DNA of 24,000 nucleotides from Emergencia sp. (GTDB lineage Bacteria; Bacillota; Clostridia; Peptostreptococcales; Anaerovoracaceae), in NCBI GenBank assembly GCA_036305845.1, contig JAXKAR010000015.1, positions 9,674-33,673 on the forward strand. Reading direction: 5' to 3'. Below, in pieces: positions 7,641 through 15,727 of this stretch (position 1 is its first letter; every line of letters starts with the position of its first letter). Under the pieces are notes generated by a model. It did not search any database. It had not been told where the DNA came from and saw only the letters and a list, made by a program, of their open reading frames with translations. A program made the translations under genes and the position numbers.

Positions 7641-8495
7641 ATGAAAATGTTTGAAGTAACATACAAAAGAAGACTGAATGACAACATGGTATGGCTGAAA
7701 ATCTATGCGCCTCTGGTAGCAAGAAAAGCAAGACCGGGTCAGTTCATCATCCTTCGTACTGATGAATACGGTGAGAGAATCCCTCTCACCATGGCCGGCC
7801 ACAACGAAGAGGACGGCACAATTGACCTGATTTATGCAGCAGTAGGCAGAACGACCATGCTGATGGATCAGCTTGAAGTAGGTGACTGCCTGGCTGATGT
7901 TGTAGGACCACTGGGAAAACCGACTCATATGGACGGTTTGAAGAAGGTCTGCGTAGTGGGCGGCGGCACAGGAAATGCACTGGCTTACCCACTGGCAACC
8001 GGTATGCATGACCATGGTGTAGAAACTGTTATGATTGAAGGTTTCAAAACTAAAGATCTGGTAATTTTGGAAGATGAATTCCGTGCAGGTGTAGATAAGC
8101 TCTACGTCATGACCGATGACGGCTCCTATGGAGAAAAGGGTTTCACCACTGCTAAGCTGGAAGAATTAATTCAGGCTGGCGAGAAGTTTGACGAAGTCAT
8201 CGCTGTAGGACCACCGATGATGATGAAGTTCACTTGCCAGATTGCAGAAAAATATGGCATTCATTCTGTTGCGTCTCTCACTGCATATATGATTGACGGA
8301 ACCGGTATGTGCGGCGGATGTCGCTGCAATATCGGCGGTGAAGACAAGTTCGTATGTGTGGACGGACCTGAATTTGACGGCGCCCTGGTTGACTGGGATG
8401 AGCTGATTCAGAGAAGCGCATATTACTCTGATCAGGAAGCAGAAGACAGAGCGCATGTATGCCGCTTGACAGGAGGTGTTCGTTACCATGATTAA
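7641..8495 (+). CDS. nfnA: NfnA-like subunit (ferredoxin-NADP reductase / sulfide dehydrogenase beta-type; FAD plus [2Fe-2S])
   Basis: The motifs 'APLVARKARPGQFIILRTDEYGERIPLT' and C-terminal 'GTGMCGGCRCNIGGEDKFVCVDGPEF' are present. A ribosome-binding site GGAAAGGAGG lies at 7621-7630. Confidence 0.85.
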   Translation: MKMFEVTYKRRLNDNMVWLKIYAPLVARKARPGQFIILRTDEYGERIPLTMAGHNEEDGTIDLIYAAVGRTTMLMDQLEVGDCLADVVGPLGKPTHMDGLKKVCVVGGGTGNALAYPLATGMHDHGVETVMIEGFKTKDLVILEDEFRAGVDKLYVMTDDGSYGEKGFTTAKLEELIQAGEKFDEVIAVGPPMMMKFTCQIAEKYGIHSVASLTAYMIDGTGMCGGCRCNIGGEDKFVCVDGPEFDGALVDWDELIQRSAYYSDQEAEDRAHVCRLTGGVRYHD

Positions 8496-9885
8496 TTTAG
8501 TAAGAGAAAAGAATCCGATGCCTGAACAGGACCCTAACGTTCGTAACAAGAACTTCCTGGAAGTTTCTTCGGGCTATACGGAAGAAATGGCCATCAACGA
8601 GGCAATGAGATGCCTTAAGTGCCGCAAAAAGCCTTGTATGTCCGGTTGTCCGGTAATGGTTAAGATTCCTGATTTTATCGCAAAGATTGCGGAAGGTGAG
8701 TTTGAAGAGGCTTATCAGATTATCAGCGAAACCAGCAGCCTTCCTGCGATCTGCGGACGTGTCTGCCCGCAGGAAAACCAGTGTGAAGGCAAGTGCGTTC
8801 ACGGTGTAAAGGGTGAACCTGTTGCTATCGGTCGTCTGGAAAGATTTGCTGCTGACTGGCATGCTGCAAATTGTGGTGACGAGGAAATCAAACCGGCAGA
8901 AAGCAACGGACACAAAGTTGCTGTTATCGGCGCAGGTCCGGCAGGCCTTGCATGTGCAGGAGACCTGATCAATAAAGGTTACGAAGTAACGGTTTACGAA
9001 AGCTTACATAAGACCGGCGGCGTTCTGGTTTATGGTATTCCGCAGTTCCGTCTGCCAAAGGAAATCGTAGCAGCTGAGGTTGCAAAACTGGAAGCTAAGG
9101 GCGTTAAGTTTGTGACCAATGCTATCGTAGGCCGCGCAATTACAGTAGATGAGCTGATGAAAGAAGAAGGATTTGAATCCGTATTCATCGGTACTGGCGC
9201 AGGACTTCCATCTTTTATGAAGATTCCGGGCGAAAATCTGCTGGGCGTATGCTCTGCTAACGAATATCTGACGCGTATCAATTTGATGAAGGCTTATCTG
9301 CCTGAGTACGATACCCCGATTCAGAAGGTAAACAGAATTGCTGTAGTCGGCGGTGGAAATGTTGCAATGGACGCTGCAAGATGTGCAAAGCGTATGGGTG
9401 CAGAAGAAGTATATATCATCTATCGTCGTAGCATGGATGAACTGCCTGCAAGAGCAGAAGAAGTTCATCACGCTATCGAAGAAGGCATTATCTTCAAACT
9501 GCTGACCAACCCTGTAGAAATCAAGGGTGACGAAAAAGGTCATGTGACCGGTATCGAATGTGTCAGCATGGAATTGGGCGAACCTGATGCTTCCGGAAGA
9601 AGAAAACCGGTTGTTATCGAAGGCTCCAACCATGTAGTTCCTGTAGATATGGTTATCATGTCTATCGGAACCAAACTGAACACCCTGATTTTGGATACTA
9701 CTGAAAATCTGGAAGCAAACCAGAAGGGCGGTATCGGCGCTGATGAAACTGCAGCAACCAACCGTGACGGCATCTTCGCCGGCGGTGACGCTGTAACAGG
9801 TGCAGCTACAGTAATCAAGGCTATGGGCGCAGGTAAAACTGCGGCTGCAGGAATTGATGAATACCTGGGCGGCGAGTGCAAGTAG
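8488..9885 (+). CDS. nfnB: NfnB-like subunit (GltD-type NADPH-dependent oxidoreductase; 2x[4Fe-4S] plus FAD)
   Basis: The motifs 'CLKCRKKPCMSGCP', 'ICGRVCPQENQCEGKC' and the dinucleotide fold 'VAVIGAGPAGLACAG' are present. The track start GTG 8476 lies inside the ribosome-binding site AGGAGG (8471-8476). ATG 8488 is therefore preferred, and it overlaps the nfnA stop (ATGATTAA), implying translational coupling. Confidence 0.85.
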   Translation: MINLVREKNPMPEQDPNVRNKNFLEVSSGYTEEMAINEAMRCLKCRKKPCMSGCPVMVKIPDFIAKIAEGEFEEAYQIISETSSLPAICGRVCPQENQCEGKCVHGVKGEPVAIGRLERFAADWHAANCGDEEIKPAESNGHKVAVIGAGPAGLACAGDLINKGYEVTVYESLHKTGGVLVYGIPQFRLPKEIVAAEVAKLEAKGVKFVTNAIVGRAITVDELMKEEGFESVFIGTGAGLPSFMKIPGENLLGVCSANEYLTRINLMKAYLPEYDTPIQKVNRIAVVGGGNVAMDAARCAKRMGAEEVYIIYRRSMDELPARAEEVHHAIEEGIIFKLLTNPVEIKGDEKGHVTGIECVSMELGEPDASGRRKPVVIEGSNHVVPVDMVIMSIGTKLNTLILDTTENLEANQKGGIGADETAATNRDGIFAGGDAVTGAATVIKAMGAGKTAAAGIDEYLGGECK

Positions 9886-9907
9886 TTCGAACCATAAAGA
9901 AAAATTC

Positions 9908-9944
9908 AAACAGCAGACAGGTCTCGCCTGTCTGCTGTTTTGTT
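9908..9944 (+). terminator. Rho-independent terminator of the redox operon
   Basis: Perfect 14-bp stem aaacagcagacagg / cctgtctgctgttt with a 5-nt loop and a T-rich tail. Confidence 0.9.
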
Positions 9945-9972
9945 AATCTTCGGGGCATAGGAGGGCATTAGG

Positions 9973-10230
9973 CCAACGGTTTTTTGCCTTTACTGAAAAT
10001 CCACCTATAAGCATAGATAAAAGTAAAAATAAGGGGAACGCCATGTTTAAAGGCTGAAGAGAAGGTTAAAGAGACGGATAAAGCCCTTGGGTTTTAATGA
10101 ATAAACGGCAAATAGATTGATTTTCAGTAAGAAAGCATCGTAAAGCTCTGGGAAAATATGATGAAGGTCAATTATTTTACTTTTTAATGCTCGATTAGTG
10201 ACTTTTTCAGTAAATGTAAAAAACGTTTGG
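9973..10230. repeat. 258-bp noncoding segment bounded by 27-bp imperfect inverted repeats (MITE-like, or a structured RNA or operator array)
   Basis: The segment 9973-9999 (ccaacggttttttgcctttactgaaaa) matches the reverse complement of 10204-10230 at 23 of 27 positions without gaps. A third copy of the core, GATTTTCAGTAA, lies at 10118-10129. Only tiny ORFs (4-9 codons) are present inside. Confidence 0.55.
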
Positions 10231-10262
10231 GTGACAGAACCTGGGATTCAATTGGAAATTGT

Positions 10263-10291
10263 TTGCGCTGGATAAAAGCTTGTAGTATAAT
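10263..10291 (+). promoter_or_regulatory. Candidate sigma-A promoter of the amidotransferase-macro operon
   Basis: TTGCGC (10263-10268), a 17-nt spacer, then TATAAT (10286-10291). Confidence 0.55.
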
Positions 10292-10324
10292 CAAGCCATC
10301 ACAGATAGAAAGAGATTTTACCAG

Positions 10325-10993
10325 ATGAAGAAGATTTTAATTGCAGGCTGGGAGACAGCCATTGACAAATATGATGACGATATTGCAGCTTTTGCTAAGT
10401 TGGGATGTAAAGCTTTTCTTTCCCTGCATCCTGAGGATGCGGATGACGTGGATGGTATTGTATTTCCCGGCAGCATGCAGGGGGTAAACCCTAAGCTTTG
10501 GGGCGCAGAGAGCCAGGAAAACTGTGAGCTGAACGATGAGCTGGATAGACTCCAGGGGGTTTTTCTGGAAAAAGCCATAGAGAAACGGATTCCGGTTTTG
10601 GGTATTTGCAGAGGCATGCAGTACATCAATGTCCATCTGGGCGGTACGCTGAATCAGAAGATTCCAAGCTGGCAGATTCATCGGATTACAAAGCCGGAAA
10701 GCTACCACCAGATGCATCCGATGGAGGGAACTTTTATGGAGAGGCTTTTCGGAGAAGAAACGGAAATCAACACCCGCCATTACTGGGCGGTAGAAAACCT
10801 GGGTAAGGGACTTTATCTTACTGCCTTGTGGCATAATCCCGATAGCCGGGAAGAACAGGTTATAGAAGGGTATGCCCACAAGGATTATCCCATCATTGGC
10901 GTCCAGTGGCATCCGGAGAGAATGGTAGTGCATGGAGATCCGGTTCAGCAGGAGAATGGCAAAAAGATGCTGGAATACTGGCTTAGTTTATAA
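10325..10993 (+). CDS. Class-I glutamine amidotransferase-like / peptidase C26 (gamma-glutamyl hydrolase family) protein, paralog 1
   Basis: The nucleophile elbow '[13 protein letters not shown]' and the His motif 'IIGVQWHPE' are present. Confidence 0.85.
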   Translation: MKKILIAGWETAIDKYDDDIAAFAKLGCKAFLSLHPEDADDVDGIVFPGSMQGVNPKLWGAESQENCELNDELDRLQGVFLEKAIEKRIPVLGICRGMQYINVHLGGTLNQKIPSWQIHRITKPESYHQMHPMEGTFMERLFGEETEINTRHYWAVENLGKGLYLTALWHNPDSREEQVIEGYAHKDYPIIGVQWHPERMVVHGDPVQQENGKKMLEYWLSL

Positions 10994-11007
10994 GGAAGGT
11001 GATACCC

Positions 11008-11682
11008 ATGAAAAGAATGATGATCGGCGGTTTTGAAAATGCGGAGAACCGATGTGACAATTATATAGAGGCATTTGCCAAGCTGGGCTGTGAAGCGTTT
11101 GTTTCTTTATCTGTGGAAGATCTTTTACATGCTGACGGACTGATTCTGCCGGGCAGCAGTCAAGATATGAACCCAAAGCTTTGGGGCGCAGAAGATGAAT
11201 GTTCCAATGACATTAACGATGGGTTAGATGCGTCCCAGTGGGCGCTTTTGGATCTGGCGAAAGAAACGAGTAAACCGGTTTTGGGAATATGCCGGGGAAT
11301 GCAGTTTATTAACGTGTATTTTGGCGGTACGTTGATCCAAGATTTAGACTGTGCAGAGTATCATAAAGCCGGCACGCCTGAACGGTATCATCAGCTGGAA
11401 ACTACTGAAGGCGGTTTCATGGAAGAACTCTATGGAAAGACTTGCCTGGTGAATACTCGTCATCACCAGGGGGTGGGACGTCTGGGCGATGGTCTTTCTC
11501 CCGCGGCGTTGTGGATAGATAATCGTCAGCAGGGCGAATCGGTTGTCGAAGCATTTTCCCACAAACAGTATCCGTTTATCGGCGTCCAGTGGCATCCGGA
11601 GAGGATGTTTGTCTGCGAAGAAAGAGAGGTTTCAATGGATGGAGAAAAATTGCTTCGCCATTGGCTTGGAGGTATAAAATGA
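11008..11682 (+). CDS. Class-I glutamine amidotransferase-like / peptidase C26 protein, paralog 2
   Basis: It carries the same motifs ('[13 protein letters not shown]', 'FIGVQWHPE'). By eye it is roughly 40-45% identical to paralog 1 over the full length. I prefer ATG 11008, which has ribosome-binding site AAGGAAGG at 10992-10999, over the track's GTG 10999. Confidence 0.85.
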   Translation: MKRMMIGGFENAENRCDNYIEAFAKLGCEAFVSLSVEDLLHADGLILPGSSQDMNPKLWGAEDECSNDINDGLDASQWALLDLAKETSKPVLGICRGMQFINVYFGGTLIQDLDCAEYHKAGTPERYHQLETTEGGFMEELYGKTCLVNTRHHQGVGRLGDGLSPAALWIDNRQQGESVVEAFSHKQYPFIGVQWHPERMFVCEEREVSMDGEKLLRHWLGGIK

Positions 11683-12185
11683 TTAGGATATACAGAGGAG
11701 ATATAACAAAACTTCCGGTGGATGCTATTGTCAATGCAGCGAATCACAGTTTGCTTGGCGGCGGCGGTGTAGATGGAGCAATTCATCGGGCGGCAGGACC
11801 GGAGCTTTTGGCAGCCTGCCGTTTGCTTCACGGTTGTGAGACAGGGGATGCGAAAACGACAGAAGGATATCGGCTTGGTGCTAAGTACGTCATTCATACT
11901 GTAGGACCGGTATGGCAAGGTGGAGACCGGGGCGAAAGAGAAGCCCTTTCCGGCTGTTACCGGCGATCTTTGGAGGAAGCAGAGAAATATGGATGCAAAA
12001 CCGTTGCTTTTCCGGCAATCAGCACCGGGGTTTACGGCTATCCTAAGGAAGAGGCAGCAAAGACCGCATTACAGGCAATTCGTGCATATTTTGCAGCACA
12101 TAACAAGAGCTGTATAGAAGAGGTATTGCTGGTGGCTTTTGATGCGGCCAACGAAGAACTTTATCGAAGCTTGCTGAAGGTATAG
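11679..12185 (+). CDS. Macrodomain protein (MacroD/YmdB-type O-acetyl-ADP-ribose deacetylase / ADP-ribosyl hydrolase)
   Basis: The motifs '[27 protein letters not shown]' and '[13 protein letters not shown]' are present. ATG 11679 overlaps the upstream stop (ATGA) and follows GGAGG at 11668-11672. The track's start at 11589 is an in-frame over-extension into the previous gene. Confidence 0.9.
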   Translation: MIRIYRGDITKLPVDAIVNAANHSLLGGGGVDGAIHRAAGPELLAACRLLHGCETGDAKTTEGYRLGAKYVIHTVGPVWQGGDRGEREALSGCYRRSLEEAEKYGCKTVAFPAISTGVYGYPKEEAAKTALQAIRAYFAAHNKSCIEEVLLVAFDAANEELYRSLLKV

Positions 12186-12220
12186 CTTGTTACGAGAGAA
12201 TATGAAGATGAATCAATGAT

Positions 12221-12263
12221 CAAAAATCCGTCTTTTGGAAAAGTCGGATTTTTGATTTTTTTT
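12221..12263 (+). terminator. Rho-independent terminator
   Basis: Perfect 10-bp stem caaaaatccg / cggatttttg followed by a T-rich tract (ATTTTTTTT). Confidence 0.8.
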
Positions 12264-12267
12264 GGAC

Positions 12268-12322
12268 TTTACAAACCTTTAACATAAATATGATTACACA
12301 CTTTACATTTCTTCGGTATATT
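12268..12322 (+). promoter_or_regulatory. Pho-box array plus -10 element (PhoP-type promoter of the pst operon)
   Basis: TT(T/A)ACA repeats occur at 12268, 12279 and 12302 on an ~11-bp register, with ATTACA at 12293. TATATT follows at 12317-12322 and no -35 hexamer is present. This resembles Bacillus-type PhoP-activated promoters. Confidence 0.5.
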
Positions 12323-12375
12323 AATCACGTAATCAAGTGAACAATAAAAAGAAAATAAATAAAAGGAGAAGAAAG

Positions 12376-13263
12376 ATGAAAAAGTTAAAGAAAATTTTAG
12401 CCGTAGGTATGGCGCTGGTTCTTATGGGAACAATGTTTACCGCATGTGGTGGTGGAGATGATTCTGCAGAAGGCGGCAGCGCAGCAGGCGGAATCCATGT
12501 TGTAACCCGTGAAGAAGGTTCCGGAACAAGAGGCGCTTTTGTCGAACTGTTCGGTATTGAAGTAAAAGACGATGCCGGTGAAAAAGTTGACCAGACAATC
12601 GAAACTGCAGAAGTAACCAACAGTACTTCCGTTATGATGCAGACTATCGCAGGCAATGAATCCGCAATCGGATATATTTCTCTGGGCTCCCTGGACGATA
12701 CAGTAAAAGCGCTCAAGGTTGACGGCGTTGAAGCTACTGCTGAAAATGTAAAGAGCGGCGACTACAAAGTTTCCAGACCGTTCAATATCGTAACTAAAGC
12801 AGATGTAAGTGAAACGGCTAAAGATTTTGTTTCCTATATCATGAGTGATGAAGGACAGGCTATTGTTGAAGAAGAAGGCTATATCAGTGAAGGCAGTGAA
12901 GGTGCATACGAAGGCGCAGGCGTTTCCGGCGAAATTACAATCAGCGGATCTTCCTCTGTAACACCGGTAATGCAGAAACTGGCAGAAGAATATATGGCAC
13001 TGAACAAAGATGTACAGATCAATGTACAGCAGTCCGATTCCACGACAGGCGTAACTGACGCAATCGAAGGCATCAGCGACATCGGTATGGCTTCCAGAGA
13101 AGTCAGCGAAGAAGAACTGGCACAGGGCGTTGAGGCACAGGCAATCGCACTTGACGGAATCGCAGTTATTGTAAACAACAACAGCACCCTTTCTGAAATC
13201 GCTTCCGAGTCCGTACTGGGTATCTATACCGGAACAATCACTGACTGGGCAGATGTGAAATAA
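12376..13263 (+). CDS. pstS: Phosphate ABC transporter substrate-binding lipoprotein PstS (circularly permuted variant)
   Basis: Ribosome-binding site AAAGGAG (12362-12368) precedes ATG 12376. The signal peptide has a lipobox Cys (MFTAC, TGT at 12445). The phosphate-binding motifs 'REEGSGTR' and 'ISGSSSVTP' are both present, but in reversed order relative to canonical PstS. Confidence 0.9.
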   Translation: MKKLKKILAVGMALVLMGTMFTACGGGDDSAEGGSAAGGIHVVTREEGSGTRGAFVELFGIEVKDDAGEKVDQTIETAEVTNSTSVMMQTIAGNESAIGYISLGSLDDTVKALKVDGVEATAENVKSGDYKVSRPFNIVTKADVSETAKDFVSYIMSDEGQAIVEEEGYISEGSEGAYEGAGVSGEITISGSSSVTPVMQKLAEEYMALNKDVQINVQQSDSTTGVTDAIEGISDIGMASREVSEEELAQGVEAQAIALDGIAVIVNNNSTLSEIASESVLGIYTGTITDWADVK

Positions 13264-13274
13264 GAAGAAAATCC

Positions 13275-14138
13275 ATGAATAGAAATTTTAAGGAAAAAGC
13301 AATGCAGCTGGTATTTTTACTGGCTGCATGTGCGTCGATTATCGCAGTAATTTTAATATGTGTATTCATGTTCGGAAACGGCATACCGACCATGAGTAAA
13401 ATTGGTTTTTGGAATTTCCTCTCTGGAACAGAGTGGAAACCGATGCAGGATATCTACGGCATACTGCCAATGATAGTAGGCAGTATTTATGTGACGGTAG
13501 GCGCGATTATTATCGGTGTGCCTATTGGTTTGCTTTGCGCTACTTATATGGCGAGATTCTGTACGCCAAGGCTTCACAGTATGATGAAACCGGCTGTAGA
13601 TCTGCTGGCGGGAATTCCGTCTATTGTTTACGGATTCTTTGGCCTTGTGGTTATTGTGCCACTGATGCAGGATATTTTCCCGGGAACAAGCGGAAAGGGC
13701 ATTCTGACGGCTTCCATCATGCTTGGGATTATGATTCTGCCGACAATTATCAGTGTGTCAGAAGCGTCTATCCGCGCCGTTCCCGAGCATTACTATGAAG
13801 GTGCGCTGGCTCTCGGCGCCACCCATGAACGCAGTGTGTTTTTTACCGTTTTACCGGCCGCAAAATCAGGCATTATGGCTGCAGTGATTCTAGGCGTTGG
13901 CCGTGCAATCGGAGAAACCCTTGCCGTATCGGTTATTGTCGGAAACAGTGCTGTTATGCCGGAAAGCATTCTCAGTATGGCCAGAACCATGACGACCAAT
14001 ATCGTTATGGAGATGGGTTATGCTCAGGGATTCCACAGAGACGCACTGATTGCGACAGCCGTAGTTCTGTTCGTGTTTATTCTGATTATCAATCTGCTCT
14101 TTAATCTGATTAACAACAGGAGGGCAAAGGAATGTTAA
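13275..14138 (+). CDS. pstC: Phosphate ABC transporter permease PstC
   Basis: It is a multi-TM protein with the EAA-type loop 'ALGATHERSVFFTVLPAAKSGI'. It occupies the first permease position in a pst operon. Confidence 0.9.
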   Translation: MNRNFKEKAMQLVFLLAACASIIAVILICVFMFGNGIPTMSKIGFWNFLSGTEWKPMQDIYGILPMIVGSIYVTVGAIIIGVPIGLLCATYMARFCTPRLHSMMKPAVDLLAGIPSIVYGFFGLVVIVPLMQDIFPGTSGKGILTASIMLGIMILPTIISVSEASIRAVPEHYYEGALALGATHERSVFFTVLPAAKSGIMAAVILGVGRAIGETLAVSVIVGNSAVMPESILSMARTMTTNIVMEMGYAQGFHRDALIATAVVLFVFILIINLLFNLINNRRAKEC

Positions 14139-14965
14139 AAAAGTATAAAGGTCAGCCGTTATCCCTCTTTCTCAGAATTCTTGTCAACTTGGCAGCGCTG
14201 ATTACGGTAGCGGTTCTGGTTTCTGTAGTGGGCTATATTCTGATTAAAGGCATTCCGAATCTGAAACCGGAGCTGTTTGCCTGGACGTTTACCACGGATA
14301 ATCAGTCCATGATGCCGGCAATTATCAATACACTGACGATTACGGCAGTAGCGCTTCTGATTGCAGTGCCGTTCGGTATTGGATCGGCAATCTATCTGGT
14401 GGAATATGCAAAAAGGGGAAACAAGCTGGTAAATGTTATTCGCCTGACGACGGAGACGCTATCGGGTATTCCTTCCATCGTGTATGGTTTGTTTGGCTAT
14501 CTGATGTTTGTCGTGGCTCTGGAATGGAGTTATTCTCTGTTGGCAGGAACATTGACGCTTGCGATTATGATTTTGCCGCTGATTATGCGAACCACAGAAG
14601 AAGCGCTGAAATCTGTGCCGGATACTTTCCGAGAAGGAAGCTTCGGCCTTGGTGCAGGAAAGCTGCGGACCGTATTTCGTATCGTTCTGCCTTCAGCCGT
14701 TCCCGGTATCCTGTCCGGTATCATTCTGGGAATAGGCAGAATTGTTGGCGAAACGGCAGCTTTAATATATACAGCAGGTACAGTTACAGGTGTTGCAAAC
14801 GGTCTCTTCTCCTCAGGACGAACCCTGTCAGTGCACATGTACGCACTCCTCTCCGAAGGGCTCTATACTGAACAGGCCTATGCAACGGCTGTAATACTGC
14901 TGATTGTGGTCATTGTCATCAATGCTATTTCCAGCATGATTGCAAAAAAGGTGACGAAGAAATAA
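14132..14965 (+). CDS. pstA: Phosphate ABC transporter permease PstA
   Basis: The loop 'GLGAGKLRTVFRIVLPSAVPGI' is present. It overlaps pstC by 7 nt, and AGGAGGG lies upstream. Confidence 0.9.
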   Translation: MLKKYKGQPLSLFLRILVNLAALITVAVLVSVVGYILIKGIPNLKPELFAWTFTTDNQSMMPAIINTLTITAVALLIAVPFGIGSAIYLVEYAKRGNKLVNVIRLTTETLSGIPSIVYGLFGYLMFVVALEWSYSLLAGTLTLAIMILPLIMRTTEEALKSVPDTFREGSFGLGAGKLRTVFRIVLPSAVPGILSGIILGIGRIVGETAALIYTAGTVTGVANGLFSSGRTLSVHMYALLSEGLYTEQAYATAVILLIVVIVINAISSMIAKKVTKK

Positions 14966-14977
14966 AGGGAGTTTTAC

Positions 14978-15727
14978 ATGGATAAATTTACGATAAAAGA
15001 TTTGAATTTATATTACGGTGATTTTCATGGATTGAAAGATATCAATCTGAACTTGCCGTCTAACGAGGTTACCGCCTTTATCGGCCCTTCCGGCTGTGGA
15101 AAATCCACTTTGCTGAAGACGCTGAACAGAATGAATGATCTGGTAGAAGGCTGCCGTATTGTAGGCGATGTACGACTGGATGGAGAAGACATCTATGGGG
15201 ATATGGACGTAAATAACTTGAGAAAACGGGTGGGCATGGTTTTTCAGAAACCAAATCCGTTTCCTATGAGCGTTTATGATAATATCGCCTATGGTCCCAG
15301 AACCCATGGCATTAGAAGTAAAGCGGAGCTGGATGAAATCGTTGAGACTTCGCTGAGAAATGCAGCAATCTGGGATGAACTGAAAGACAGACTGAAAAAA
15401 AGCGCTCTTGGCCTTTCCGGCGGGCAGCAACAGAGGCTTTGCATTGCCAGGGCTTTAGCGGTAAATCCGGAAGTGCTGCTGATGGACGAGCCAACCAGTG
15501 CGCTCGACCCAATCTCTACATCTAAAATCGAAGACTTGGCGCTGGAGTTAAAGGAAAAGTATACCATTATTATGGTTACCCACAATATGCAGCAGGCGCT
15601 TCGCGTATCAGATAATACCGCATTTTTCCTGTTAGGAGAAGTGATAGAATACGATAAGACAGAGAAACTCTTCTCTGTACCGTCCAACAAAAAGACGGAG
15701 GATTATATTACCGGGAGGTTTGGTTAA
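14978..15727 (+). CDS. pstB: Phosphate ABC transporter ATP-binding protein PstB
   Basis: Walker A 'GPSGCGKST', signature 'LSGGQQQR' and Walker B '[11 protein letters not shown]' are all present. Confidence 0.95.
   Translation: MDKFTIKDLNLYYGDFHGLKDINLNLPSNEVTAFIGPSGCGKSTLLKTLNRMNDLVEGCRIVGDVRLDGEDIYGDMDVNNLRKRVGMVFQKPNPFPMSVYDNIAYGPRTHGIRSKAELDEIVETSLRNAAIWDELKDRLKKSALGLSGGQQQRLCIARALAVNPEVLLMDEPTSALDPISTSKIEDLALELKEKYTIIMVTHNMQQALRVSDNTAFFLLGEVIEYDKTEKLFSVPSNKKTEDYITGRFG

Noticed and set aside
9004-9909. 301-aa minus-strand ORF antisense to nfnB, plus similar antisense ORFs inside PFOR (for example 6449-7030 and 5111-5563)
   Set aside because: The + strand frames carry unambiguous PFOR and GltD-type motifs. 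The antisense ORFs lack ribosome-binding sites and motifs and run through the operon terminator.
10043-10187. Tiny ORFs inside the inverted-repeat-bounded segment (MFKG*, MNKRQID*, MMKVNYFTF*)
   Set aside because: They are 4-9 codons long with no ribosome-binding site. I treat them as noncoding.
11589-11678. Upstream extension of the macrodomain ORF (track start at 11589)
   Set aside because: The extension lies inside the preceding amidotransferase gene in another frame. ATG 11679 has a GGAGG ribosome-binding site and yields the canonical macrodomain N-terminus ([10 protein letters not shown]).
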